A stretch of 64,000 nucleotides of DNA, from contig JBEIPA010000004.1 of the NCBI GenBank assembly GCA_040377305.1, forward strand, positions 32,001-96,000, written 5' to 3'. Origin of the DNA: Flavobacteriales bacterium (GTDB taxonomy: Bacteria > Bacteroidota > Bacteroidia > Palsa-965). Of this stretch, positions 1 through 9,915 are shown one piece after another (position 1 is the stretch's first letter; the number at the start of each line of letters is the position of its first letter). The notes under the pieces are model-generated. The model saw nothing but the letters and a program-made list of their open reading frames with translations, was not told the DNA's origin and did no database searches. Position numbers and translations under genes: made by a program.

Positions 1-543
1 ACTAGAACCTAATCTCTTTCTCCATTTAGTCGCGGGTAACAGGTGGCTCAGGTTTCCTTCAAATTCCCAACGCAAAGAAAAATGCCAATAATTGCATCTC
101 GTAGGAGTATGACAAACTTTGCACGTCGCCCTAACATCCTTCTCGTCCTTTTTAAAAACAACTTCTTTTCCATCAAAAAGCTGAATTGGGAAAATTATAG
201 CTTGTCTATTTCTAATCTCGTGAAAATCCTTTTTGTACCGAGGACATACGACTATAGCATCTGGCTCGCAATACTCGATGAAATACTTTACGTTCGCACC
301 TATAGGTTGAAGAAAAATATGATCTTCAGTGAACACACCTAGTAAACTAGTCGAAAGATCATGCACCTGCTCGGTTGGGTCGCAGATGTGTTTTTGACTA
401 ATATCACCGGTGACATCCAAAACAGACTCGGGACTTGTCACATTCGCATGCCGAATCAAATAGTATCCATTAAGACTTTTAGATATGAGTTTACGCTTGG
501 AACAAGGTAGCAAAACTAGCGGGTACAGTCCGCGATTAAACAG
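1..543 (-). CDS. Partial ORF running off the window edge; putative toxin of the TIGR04255 triad
   Basis: Not in the ORF track. My translation is open from about 543 to position 1 (LFNRGLYPLVLLP...CHTPTRCNYWHFSLRW...). It directly follows the 545-1081 gene. The start codon is uncertain. Confidence 0.55.
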   Translation of the reverse strand, partial: MFNRGLYPLVLLPCSKRKLISKSLNGYYLIRHANVTSPESVLDVTGDISQKHICDPTEQVHDLSTSLLGVFTEDHIFLQPIGANVKYFIEYCEPDAIVVCPRYKKDFHEIRNRQAIIFPIQLFDGKEVVFKKDEKDVRATCKVCHTPTRCNYWHFSLRWEFEGNLSHLLPATKWRKRLGSS

Positions 544-544
544 T

Positions 545-1081
545 TTAGCCAGTAACTTTGCTCTCGATATACTCCAGCGACTCTTCCAGCGTTCCAGCAA
601 AACTTGGCAGATTTTCGTTTGAATTAAACAACGTTACAACAGAGTCGTCCAACAACCCAGTCCCTTCATCAAAAATTAGTTCTAAGTAACACGAGTAATC
701 TCCCTTTTTTGCGGTGAAAAATAAACTCGGTTCACTGGTCAACTGAACTGAAATCGCATCTGGAGCTATTCCAATTAAACTAGATGCTGCTTTGGACAAG
801 TTCCTTTTGAGTTCAAAGTTGGAAACATTGTTAGGTCCACGCCATTCTCTTAATTGCTTGTTAAAACTATTGTGCAATTTGATGAATACCTTATTGAAGT
901 GATTGTCTGATGTCTTTTTCTCAAGATCTACAGGAGCCTCCAAATAGTCCAAGTCCAGGTTCGAAATAGAATACGCAGAGCCAAACATTTTCCGCCTAGA
1001 ATGCAGTCGCTCACTGATGAGACAAACATTATGATACTGAGCAAACATTGAAGCTACTGGAGGTGTTTCCGTCGTTGGCAT
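545..1081 (-). CDS. Hypothetical protein, possible antitoxin partner
   Basis: 178-aa ORF starting 1 nt after the TIGR04255 stop codon. Confidence 0.6.
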   Translation of the reverse strand: MPTTETPPVASMFAQYHNVCLISERLHSRRKMFGSAYSISNLDLDYLEAPVDLEKKTSDNHFNKVFIKLHNSFNKQLREWRGPNNVSNFELKRNLSKAASSLIGIAPDAISVQLTSEPSLFFTAKKGDYSCYLELIFDEGTGLLDDSVVTLFNSNENLPSFAGTLEESLEYIESKVTG

Positions 1082-1082
1082 A

Positions 1083-1799
1083 TCAATATTCTGGGTTTAG
1101 TGAACTTAAAAATTCAGGGTTTAGCAAACTAAAAAACACAGTCTTTTCTTTCACATGACATGTTTCAATAATCGGGAACAGCTCATCAGATTTGGTAATG
1201 TTCAACCCACTTCTGAACACATCAATATCCAAGAGATTAGATTTACTTTCTCCTTCCACAACTGGATGTGATGTCACACCCACATTAACTCTATAACCAT
1301 CGCTATTAAACTCAATCTTACTTGTAGCAACTCGAAACTCATGATTCTCCAATGTAAACGGAATACTAAAATTCAGAATCTTGTTGAGGTCGTATCCCTT
1401 AAACTCATTTATATATCTTAACCCAACTCTTTCAAACACGTGAACCACTTTTGAGTCTTGTATGCGCTGCATCGAATCTTGGATCAACGGCATATAATTC
1501 TGCCAATTCACGTAGTCCTCCAAACAATTGAATATTATTGTTCCAGGTTGAAACTGAATTTTAATCTTGTCGTTGTAAAGAAAAAAAGTGCTCAGAGTAA
1601 ACAGTTTTTCCAACTCCGATTGCTCTTTCGACAGCGCACGGTTTGCTGTGGGAAGTTTTGTTGCAAATTGAAAATCCGTACCCTCAAATGCGTTGACAAA
1701 AATTCCCAGCGTTACTTCAAAAGGGTATTCAGATGCAAATCTGATTTCGACAAATGAATCCCTAATGAAATCTGGAGTGATCTTCTTCGGAATTTTCAT
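1083..1799 (-). CDS. TIGR04255 family protein
   Basis: Motifs FVEIRF, RVGLRYIN and LLDIDV, plus C-terminal KTVFFSLL. Confidence 0.8.
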   Translation of the reverse strand: MKIPKKITPDFIRDSFVEIRFASEYPFEVTLGIFVNAFEGTDFQFATKLPTANRALSKEQSELEKLFTLSTFFLYNDKIKIQFQPGTIIFNCLEDYVNWQNYMPLIQDSMQRIQDSKVVHVFERVGLRYINEFKGYDLNKILNFSIPFTLENHEFRVATSKIEFNSDGYRVNVGVTSHPVVEGESKSNLLDIDVFRSGLNITKSDELFPIIETCHVKEKTVFFSLLNPEFLSSLNPEY

Positions 1800-1910
1800 A
1801 TAATGCAAAGTTACACTTTGTTTTGTACTTGTTAATTTTCCTTTCCCACAATAACAACCTAACGAATGTTAATAACGCAAGATTGAAGTACCCATTCACC
1901 GCAATATTTC

Positions 1911-2276
1911 CTAAAAACTCCCCGGCACTTTCTTCCCCGTCTTCGTTTCGTACAGCTCTTTTAGCATTTCATACTTCTCACGTAGCGATTGAAATTCCTT
2001 TTTGAGCGCTAAAAGTTCGGCATCTGATCCGGCGGAGGCCTTTTTTGCTTTACCGTAGGGTGGTCGTGCTTCGAAAACGGAATCTGCTGAGCGGTAATGC
2101 TGGAAGAAATCGTAATCTAAAACCTTGGATAAACGCGTTAACAGATCGGTGTCGATCGAGGTGCGTTTGTAGATATTGTAAACGTTCTGCTTGGACGATT
2201 TGATTTTTCGCGCCAGTTCTGTGGGCCCAATTCTCAGTTCCTTTGCCCTTGCTTCCACCTTTTGTCCTATGCGCAT
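1911..2276 (-). CDS. XRE-family HTH transcriptional regulator
   Basis: N-terminal HTH (IGPTELARKIKSSKQNVYNIY...SIDTDLL..LS..L.YDFF) and a C-terminal coiled coil. Confidence 0.8.
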   Translation of the reverse strand: MRIGQKVEARAKELRIGPTELARKIKSSKQNVYNIYKRTSIDTDLLTRLSKVLDYDFFQHYRSADSVFEARPPYGKAKKASAGSDAELLALKKEFQSLREKYEMLKELYETKTGKKVPGSF

Positions 2277-2423
2277 GCGCCAAAAGTATCATCCGAACAG
2301 GCTAATATTTTTTGCCGTATGAATGATATTTATTGCCTATATGGCAATTATTTATTTACTTTAAATGCTGAATTTCGATTTACACCGTGGGAGTAGGTTC
2401 TGCCTTATCCCAGTTTCAGCGAT

Positions 2424-2456
2424 ACCCGCAGGCTCCCCCCTCTGCGGGTTTTTTTT
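2424..2456 (+). terminator. Intrinsic terminator
   Basis: ACCCGCAG/CTGCGGGT stem followed by a T run. Confidence 0.65.
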
Positions 2457-2564
2457 GTACCGCGGAGGCGCGGCGATCGCAGCGGCGCGGAGAAAAAACT
2501 CAAGGTTTAGGAATCGTGCAAGGAATTCTACACTCTTTTCGGTGTGCATTTGGTAATTTTAGGC

Positions 2565-3062
2565 ATGAAGAATTTATGGCTCATACGGCATGCGAAGTCC
2601 TCGTGGATACATGGAGAACTTCAGGATTCGTTTCGTCCGCTGAATGAGCGCGGCTACAGAGATGCACCTGAAATGGCTTTACGCCTAAAGAAAACCGGTA
2701 CCGTTCCGGACCTTATGATCAGTAGTCACGCTATCCGTGCGTATTCTACTGCAATGATTTTCGCCGATGTTATGAAATATCCGCATGGCGATATCCGCAT
2801 CATCACGAAATTGTACGGAGCGACGACGAACAGTTATCTCAGCGCGATTCATTCCCTGCCCGATCAATACAACAACGTGTTTCTGTTCGCGCACAACCCA
2901 ACAATTTCACAAACGCTGGAATTGCTTGCGGGACTCGAACACCAGGAAATGCCCACGTGTGGTATTGCGCATATACAATTCGCACACGCATCGTGGAGTG
3001 AATGCGCAGCGAAATCGGGAAAACTGATGTTGCTCGACTATCCAAAAAGCGGATTAGACTAA
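2565..3062 (+). CDS. sixA: SixA-like histidine phosphatase
   Basis: LIRHAKSSW, RPLNERG, RAYSTA and AHNP motifs. Confidence 0.88.
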   Translation: MKNLWLIRHAKSSWIHGELQDSFRPLNERGYRDAPEMALRLKKTGTVPDLMISSHAIRAYSTAMIFADVMKYPHGDIRIITKLYGATTNSYLSAIHSLPDQYNNVFLFAHNPTISQTLELLAGLEHQEMPTCGIAHIQFAHASWSECAAKSGKLMLLDYPKSGLD

Positions 3063-3128
3063 ATATTAAGATTATGTTATTTCATCGCACATATTTTGCA
3101 GCGAAATATATCCTGAGTTAATTCACGA

Positions 3129-5219
3129 ATGATTATGAAGAGTAAGAAGATTCCGCTGGTTAATCGTGAATTGAGCTGGTTGTCCTTCAACGACCGCGTT
3201 TTACAGGAAGCAGAAGACGAGAGTAATCCGTTAATTGAACGGTTACGTTTTCTTGGCATATACTCCAACAACCGCGATGAGTTTTTCCGTGTTCGCGTGG
3301 CTACCCTCAAACGCATGACCCGGCTCGGAAAGCGTGCGGTGCAGGTAGTTGGTGAAGACCCGGAAGTTCTCCTCGAACAAATTCAGAAAAGATATTTCGG
3401 TGCCTCACAACGCTTCGATCGCGCATACCAGGCAATCATTCGTGAGCTCGAACAAAGCAAGATATTTATCCGCGACGAAAACCACTTAACACCCGCACAA
3501 AGTGAATGGGTGAACAAGTATTTCCGCCAGACTGTGCTGCCATCGCTGTTTCCGATTATGCTCGACAGCGCACCGTCATTTCCGTACCTGAAGGACAAGT
3601 CGGTTTATCTCGCCATTAAACTGGTGCGCAGCGTTCGCGGGAAGAAGCCCCGATTCGCGCTCATGGAAATTCCAACAGAACAAATGTCGCGCTTCGTTGT
3701 TTTTCCTTCTACAGACGGTGTGCACAACGTAATGCTGCTGGAAGATTTGATTCGCTACTGTCTTCACGAAATTTTTCCGAAGCACGAATACACGCGCATA
3801 CAAGCATATACGGTGAAGCTCACACGCGACGCAGAGCTCGATATTGACAACGATATTTCGAAAAGCTTGCTGGAAAAAATCACCGGCTCGCTGAAGAAAC
3901 GCAAGAAAGGTGAACCGGTGCGCTTCGTTTACGATCGTCGCATTTCACCCGACATGCTCGAATTTCTCAAGAAGAAACTGCGCATGCTGAATAGCGATAA
4001 CCTGATTCCCGGATCACGTTATCATAACTTCAAAGACTTTATCTCCTTTCCGGATCTCGGGCACAAAGAGCTGGTTTGGCCGGTTGCAGAACCGCTACCG
4101 CATCCTGATTTTGCTCCCGGAAGAAATATGTTCAGGGCTATTCGCCTGAACGACATCATGCTTCACTATCCGTACCAGTCGTTTCACCACATCATCGACT
4201 TGTTGCGCGTTGCGTCTATTGATCCACGGGTTATTTCCATTCAGATTACGATCTATCGCTTGTCGAAAAATTCGAACATCTGTAATGCGCTCATTAACGC
4301 TGTGAAGAATGGAAAGAAAGTGACCGTGGTGATGGAACTACAGGCGCGCTTCGATGAAGAGAACAACATTTACTGGTCGAGCCGCTTACAGGAAGAAGGC
4401 GCAACAGTAATTTTCGGGGTGCCCGGAATCAAAGTACACTCGAAGCTATTCCTGATTACACGTCGTGAAGAAGGTCAGCTCGTGCATTATGCGCATGTAG
4501 GCACGGGTAATATGAATGAGAGCACTTCCCGCATTTACACAGACAAATCGTTGTTGACTGCAGACCCGCGCATCACCAGTGAAGTGCAGCAGGTTTTTGG
4601 CTTCTACAACGATAATCTTCGTCCGGGGGAATATAAGCAGCTGCTTGTTTCTCCTTTCACGATGCGCAAGAGGCTCGAAGGTCTCATCGATAAAGAAATT
4701 CAAAATGCGAAGAAGGGTCGTGAGTCCGGGATACTCATTAAGCTGAACAACCTGGTCGACCGCGACATGATTGCTAAGCTGTACGAAGCGAGTGAAGCTG
4801 GTGTAACAATCAGACTCATCGTACGTGGCATTTGCTCTTTGGTTCCGGGAGTTGAAGGCTTCAGTACCAACATCAAAGGCATCAGCGTTGTGGGCCGATA
4901 CCTCGAACATTCGCGAGTGTTCATATTTTGTAACGGAGGCGACGAAAAGTATTTTATATCTTCGGCAGACTGGATGACCCGCAACCTCGATTTTCGTTCT
5001 GAAGTTGCAATACCGGTGTTCGACAAGAACATTCAGCAAGAGATGAAGACGATTCTTGAGCTGCAATGGAAAGACAACACGAAGGCGCGGGTGATCGGAG
5101 GGAAACAAGAGAATGAGTACGTTGTTACGCGCAGCACTACGAAAGTAAACGCACAACAGGAAATCAGGAAGTTTCTCTCCAGATCAGGTAAAAACCAGGT
5201 CGGGAAGAAGAGAAATTGA
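3129..5219 (+). CDS. ppk1: Polyphosphate kinase 1
   Basis: NRELSWLSFNDRVL, ELQARFDEENNI, KVHSKL, RYLEHSR and SSADWMTRNLD motifs. Confidence 0.97.
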   Translation: MIMKSKKIPLVNRELSWLSFNDRVLQEAEDESNPLIERLRFLGIYSNNRDEFFRVRVATLKRMTRLGKRAVQVVGEDPEVLLEQIQKRYFGASQRFDRAYQAIIRELEQSKIFIRDENHLTPAQSEWVNKYFRQTVLPSLFPIMLDSAPSFPYLKDKSVYLAIKLVRSVRGKKPRFALMEIPTEQMSRFVVFPSTDGVHNVMLLEDLIRYCLHEIFPKHEYTRIQAYTVKLTRDAELDIDNDISKSLLEKITGSLKKRKKGEPVRFVYDRRISPDMLEFLKKKLRMLNSDNLIPGSRYHNFKDFISFPDLGHKELVWPVAEPLPHPDFAPGRNMFRAIRLNDIMLHYPYQSFHHIIDLLRVASIDPRVISIQITIYRLSKNSNICNALINAVKNGKKVTVVMELQARFDEENNIYWSSRLQEEGATVIFGVPGIKVHSKLFLITRREEGQLVHYAHVGTGNMNESTSRIYTDKSLLTADPRITSEVQQVFGFYNDNLRPGEYKQLLVSPFTMRKRLEGLIDKEIQNAKKGRESGILIKLNNLVDRDMIAKLYEASEAGVTIRLIVRGICSLVPGVEGFSTNIKGISVVGRYLEHSRVFIFCNGGDEKYFISSADWMTRNLDFRSEVAIPVFDKNIQQEMKTILELQWKDNTKARVIGGKQENEYVVTRSTTKVNAQQEIRKFLSRSGKNQVGKKRN

Positions 5220-6127
5220 AATTCGCAGCAATAGATATAGGTTCCAACGCAGTACGACTACTGTTTGCCCACGTTTACGAAGGCAAAGAGGAAGCTAACT
5301 TCAAAAAAGCCGATCTGATCCGCATTCCGCTCCGTCTCGGGGAAGATGCCTTCGTGAAGAAGAAAATTTCCGAAGAGAAAATTTCCAAGCTGGTGATGGC
5401 TATGAAAGCGTTCCGTCAGCTCATTGATTTTTACGAAGTAGAAGATTACAAAGCCTGCGCAACTTCTGCCATGCGCGAAGCGACCAACTCAAAAGAGATT
5501 GTTGACCTCATTTGGAAAGAAGCAAGAATTAATATCGAAGTGATTGATGGAAAAACAGAAGCTGAAATCATTTACTCGAATCACGTTGCAGAACATCTGG
5601 AGAAGGGGGTGAATTATCTCTACATCGATGTAGGTGGGGGTAGCATGGAACTTACTTTGTTTTCACAAGGAAAAATCATTGCTTCGAAATCATTCAACAT
5701 CGGAACGATCCGTGTTCTTAACCAACTCGTCACCAAAGATCATTGGGACGGAATGAAAGAATGGATTCTGAAGAAAACTTCTGATGTGCATCCGCTCGTT
5801 GCAATTGGCAGTGGTGGTAACATCAATAAGATTTTCAAGATGTCGCGCAAGAAACAGAATCGCCCGATGTCGTACGATAAACTAAAAGAGCTCCACGATT
5901 TTCTTGCGTCCTATTCGCTCAAAGATCGCATTGAAGTTCTCGGCTTAAACCCCGATCGTGCCGATGTAATTGTTCCTGCTGGCCGTGCCTTTCTTACCGT
6001 GATGAAGACTGCGCAGATCGATCGTTTGTTCGTTCCGCAAATCGGAATGGCCGACGGTCTCATCCATCTTCTCTATGAAAATTACATGGCGAAGAAGGGA
6101 CACAAATTGGTTTTCAGTACGCGGTAG
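5216..6127 (+). CDS. ppx: Exopolyphosphatase (Ppx/GppA family)
   Basis: AIDIGSNAVRL, ATSAMREA, DVGGGSME and DRADVIVP motifs; overlaps ppk1. Confidence 0.93.
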   Translation: MKFAAIDIGSNAVRLLFAHVYEGKEEANFKKADLIRIPLRLGEDAFVKKKISEEKISKLVMAMKAFRQLIDFYEVEDYKACATSAMREATNSKEIVDLIWKEARINIEVIDGKTEAEIIYSNHVAEHLEKGVNYLYIDVGGGSMELTLFSQGKIIASKSFNIGTIRVLNQLVTKDHWDGMKEWILKKTSDVHPLVAIGSGGNINKIFKMSRKKQNRPMSYDKLKELHDFLASYSLKDRIEVLGLNPDRADVIVPAGRAFLTVMKTAQIDRLFVPQIGMADGLIHLLYENYMAKKGHKLVFSTR

Positions 6128-6180
6128 CAACAGCTCACTGATTTTTGTACTTTGGTGGCTCAACCTACAAACTCCTCTAC

Positions 6181-6474
6181 ATGAAGACCAAATTTCTTAG
6201 CTATTGCCTCGGCGCATCTGCTGTGCTTTTCTCTCTCGGATTTCTGATTCGTTCTGTTGCTCCGGCTAATGCTGCGCCAACTCCGGCAGAATTCATCGAA
6301 CAAGGAACAAACAAAATTGGTAAGTACATGATGCTCCAAAGCCCGGAGACAACCAACTACTACGAGAGCATTCTTGTGTGGGACACGGAAACCGGCACAA
6401 GCACAAGATACATGCGCAAAACAGACGGATACGTGAAAGCTTCTCAACAGCTTCCGACTTCTCCAATGGAATAA
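6181..6474 (+). CDS. Small exported hypothetical protein
   Basis: N-terminal hydrophobic signal; ATG at 6181. Confidence 0.6.
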   Translation: MKTKFLSYCLGASAVLFSLGFLIRSVAPANAAPTPAEFIEQGTNKIGKYMMLQSPETTNYYESILVWDTETGTSTRYMRKTDGYVKASQQLPTSPME

Positions 6475-6553
6475 TAAATGATACGATAAGAAGACGACAC
6501 GCCTTCCACGCTGTGCTGTCTTCTTTATTTATTCCAAGTACCTTTGCCTGCTT

Positions 6554-7306
6554 ATGATCCGCGTCCTTCGTGTCCTTTTCGGTATTTATGCTTTGCTGAT
6601 TTTTCCGGTAACGCTGATTGTCATGACTTTTCTGTACGTGATCATCTTCACGTGTTTCCCGAAGAAAAAATCACCGCACATCGCGCATGGATTGTCGCGA
6701 ATCTGGGCTAGACTTCTTACGATTATTTTCTTCGGTCCTGTGCGTATTCGCAACAAGCACTTCATTGACAAGAATAAAGCCTACGTGTTCGTAGCAAACC
6801 ATCAATCACAACTGGATATTCCTGCGTATGCACTTTCGTGCAAAAACACAATTCGTTTTCTCGCAAAAGCCGAGCTCACGAAAATTCCAATGATGGGCTA
6901 CATCATCAAACGGCTTTATCTTACAGTGAATCGCACAGATCGTAACGACAGAAACAAGAGCATCGAAGTCATGCGCCGATCACTTGATGAAGGGATTTCA
7001 ATTTTCCTCTGTCCGGAAGGAACACGTAACAAATTCGAAGAACCGCCTCTACTCGATTTCAGAGACGGCGCTTTTCGTTTGGCCATTGTTACACAAACTC
7101 CAATTGCTGCACTAACGTTGTTCAACACCGGAAGAAAATTGTCGCCCTTGCGCCCAATCGCGCTCGCTCCCGGAACAATTTATGGAGCTTGGAGCGAACC
7201 CATCGAAACGAAAGGAATGACTGTGGATGATGTGCCGAAACTGAAAGAGAAAATTCGCGGGCAAATGGAAGACTTGTTGCGCCAATATCGCGAGCAAAAT
7301 CAATGA
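6554..7306 (+). CDS. plsC: 1-acyl-sn-glycerol-3-phosphate acyltransferase
   Basis: NHQSQLD and CPEGTR motifs. Confidence 0.88.
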   Translation: MIRVLRVLFGIYALLIFPVTLIVMTFLYVIIFTCFPKKKSPHIAHGLSRIWARLLTIIFFGPVRIRNKHFIDKNKAYVFVANHQSQLDIPAYALSCKNTIRFLAKAELTKIPMMGYIIKRLYLTVNRTDRNDRNKSIEVMRRSLDEGISIFLCPEGTRNKFEEPPLLDFRDGAFRLAIVTQTPIAALTLFNTGRKLSPLRPIALAPGTIYGAWSEPIETKGMTVDDVPKLKEKIRGQMEDLLRQYREQNQ

Positions 7307-7466
7307 CACATCGATTCGCTGAGCCGTTGATTCAATTTCAGTAATCTGACATCAAACAAAAACCTCCATTTTGCTTGTTATTCGCTGATAACACCGTGCG
7401 CTTTTAGCCGAGTGGCAGAGATTGGCGCTTCGATTTTTGCTATTTTTGCGTGGCAAAATCAAAATC

Positions 7467-8345
7467 ATGTTCCTACGAAATTTCCTCTTCTGCGCAGTTC
7501 TGGCGTCGGCCTTCATTTCCTGCAAAGACGATGAGCCCACGGATCCAACTCCGGTAACTCCAACTCCGGCGCGGATCTATTTCACATTCAAATTCGACAG
7601 TACACAGGCTCGATTAGACAATCTCGGCAACCCTGCAATTGTTCCTGCAAATCACGGAGCGCAGTCGCCGGTGTTTCGTTACATGAGCACGCACTATATT
7701 GAAATGACTACCGATATGTGGACCGCACTCGGAAGCGGAACTGTTGTGTACAATGGACCATCAACCACTGCAGGCGGACCCAACGCAATTAATTTCGACA
7801 GTTCAATTGTAGTTGGAGAGAATCAGGAAATTGTTTCTCTTCCGCTCTCTGCATTTACACCGGGAATGTACAACTACCTGCGTGTTTCATTGGCCTATCA
7901 GAATTACGATATCAAAGTTCGCGCGAACAGTTTGGATTTTACAGGGACGCTCGCATCCTTCATCGGATACAATACATACATCAGTTCGTTCAACGTAAAT
8001 ACGCAGCCGGTAGCAGTAAACGACGACAAGCTTCAAGGCTTCTGGGCGTTCGAAGCATTCTCAACTGTTACACAAGGACAAGCGCCTGCGGGAGCAACAA
8101 CAGTTCCCAATCCGCTCTTCGCAACTTCTCCTATTCCACAAGGATCTTGTGTTGTAACCGGACAGTTTGCACAACCGTTGACAATCACCGGAAACGAAAC
8201 ACAAGACATTCACGTGATTATTTCTCTCTCCACCAACGACAGTTTCGAGTGGGTAGAACACAGCACACCTGGAATTTATGAGCCACTCAATAACGATACC
8301 GTTGTTGATATGGGAATTCGTGGATTAGTTCCAATCGTTCAGTAA
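7467..8345 (+). CDS. Lipoprotein of unknown function
   Basis: Lipobox FISC followed by an acidic export signal KDDE. Confidence 0.75.
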   Translation: MFLRNFLFCAVLASAFISCKDDEPTDPTPVTPTPARIYFTFKFDSTQARLDNLGNPAIVPANHGAQSPVFRYMSTHYIEMTTDMWTALGSGTVVYNGPSTTAGGPNAINFDSSIVVGENQEIVSLPLSAFTPGMYNYLRVSLAYQNYDIKVRANSLDFTGTLASFIGYNTYISSFNVNTQPVAVNDDKLQGFWAFEAFSTVTQGQAPAGATTVPNPLFATSPIPQGSCVVTGQFAQPLTITGNETQDIHVIISLSTNDSFEWVEHSTPGIYEPLNNDTVVDMGIRGLVPIVQ

Positions 8346-8367
8346 GCAGATGCACCAAGCTATATTT

Positions 8368-9192
8368 ATGAAACATCTCCCGATTTTATTTTTTGCTTTG
8401 TTGCTGTTTTCCTGTGGTGAGAAAACGGGTGAAGTTGTGAACGATAGCGCTAACACCGATTCGGTTGTTACAAAATCCGCGACCGGATGGAAGGAATTGA
8501 CTGAAAGCTGGAATGCTTCTCTCAATCTGCGTAACGCATCGATCATGAAATCGTTTTACGCAGATTCTGTGTTGTACTACGGCGATCATTTGACTTCCGA
8601 TGAAGTTGTACATCGTCAGCAGGAATATTTTAGAATGAATCCGGATTACGTACAGAAGATTGTTGAATACATTGATGAAATTCAGCAACCTGATGGAAGC
8701 TGGCTCATTAAGATTACCAAACAAGTTACAGCGAACGGAAAGACGGCTGATTATCCTGCGTCTATCGTTTACGGAAATGTTGGCGGCATCTGGAAGATTG
8801 TTGCGGAGAGCGATGACATAACAGATCTCAACAAAGCGAAAAATATGCAGGCGCAATACGCTCCTGTTAAAACTACGCTGGAGGGATTGATTGAAGAAAA
8901 TACAACGTTCACTCCTGTTGCGGGCACAGATCCTAAAAGCGATGCGCGTGTTCCTTACTACGTAATCTGGTCGAAACATTCGCTTGATGTAGTTGCCACA
9001 GCAGAACAAGAGAAGAAAGGAATTCTAACAGAAGAAAACGTAGAGCGCATTCAGCTCATCGGAAGTGAAGAGCAGATCAAAAAAATGCTCAATCACAAAG
9101 TGCGCGTTACGGGAACACTCGATCACGCAACCGGAAGCGATCACTACACGAAAGTGCTGTTGAATGTGGAGTTGATTGAAGAGGTGCTCTGA
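8368..9192 (+). CDS. Lipoprotein (NTF2-like N-domain, DUF4431-like C-domain)
   Basis: Lipobox LFSC; C-terminal KVRVTGTL.HA....HYTKVLL. Confidence 0.65.
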   Translation: MKHLPILFFALLLFSCGEKTGEVVNDSANTDSVVTKSATGWKELTESWNASLNLRNASIMKSFYADSVLYYGDHLTSDEVVHRQQEYFRMNPDYVQKIVEYIDEIQQPDGSWLIKITKQVTANGKTADYPASIVYGNVGGIWKIVAESDDITDLNKAKNMQAQYAPVKTTLEGLIEENTTFTPVAGTDPKSDARVPYYVIWSKHSLDVVATAEQEKKGILTEENVERIQLIGSEEQIKKMLNHKVRVTGTLDHATGSDHYTKVLLNVELIEEVL

Positions 9193-9353
9193 TAGTCAGA
9201 GCCTCGGTACGCCGGCATTTGCAGATTAACTGCTCCGCAGATTTTTAAGGCTACTCGGCCTGACAATCAGAATCCTTGTCAGACCGAGTAATCTCGAATG
9301 ATTGCGGAGCAACTTGTTATTAACTCGTGGATGTACCGAGGGATGACAAACAA

Positions 9354-9818
9354 CTACTGACGATTCCCGTTTAGAACTGCCGATTGACGCGTCATATAAA
9401 TGATCGTTCCAATCATGAATATCATATTCGCAATCGCCCACGTGTAACAACCTAAGTAGGGTGAAACATTAGACGAGCCTCCGTAAGTAGGAACTTCATC
9501 GACAGTAAACGCCCCAAAGGAAAAAACCATTGCAATGATTGACAGAATCATTGAGGCCTGAATTACGCCCGGCCTTCTTCCGATCATGAACATGAATAAG
9601 CCAACCGCGAATGGAAAGTTTCCCAGCCAGGCTATGAATCCCAATGTACTTCCGTCAAACAACAGCATCCATCCGAATATCAACGCACCGAGCCCCGGAG
9701 TATCATCGGTGTAAGCCGGAAGCGCCAGTGCAATCAACCACAATCCTCCCGCAACGGCAGTAAAGATGGATTTTGTAGCACGTCGGCCTTGCCAGTCGGG
9801 ATAATATGCCTGATTCAT
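9354..9818 (-). CDS. Integral membrane protein
   Basis: Four to five hydrophobic segments. Confidence 0.65.
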   Translation of the reverse strand: MNQAYYPDWQGRRATKSIFTAVAGGLWLIALALPAYTDDTPGLGALIFGWMLLFDGSTLGFIAWLGNFPFAVGLFMFMIGRRPGVIQASMILSIIAMVFSFGAFTVDEVPTYGGSSNVSPYLGCYTWAIANMIFMIGTIIYMTRQSAVLNGNRQ

Positions 9819-9915
9819 AGTCACCGAAGTTCGCTCTTTTCATCGGCATATCGGCACATCAGAAATCGGCGCATCGAATTTGAGTATATTTAGTCCGCTA
9901 ATAAAAACCTAAAGC

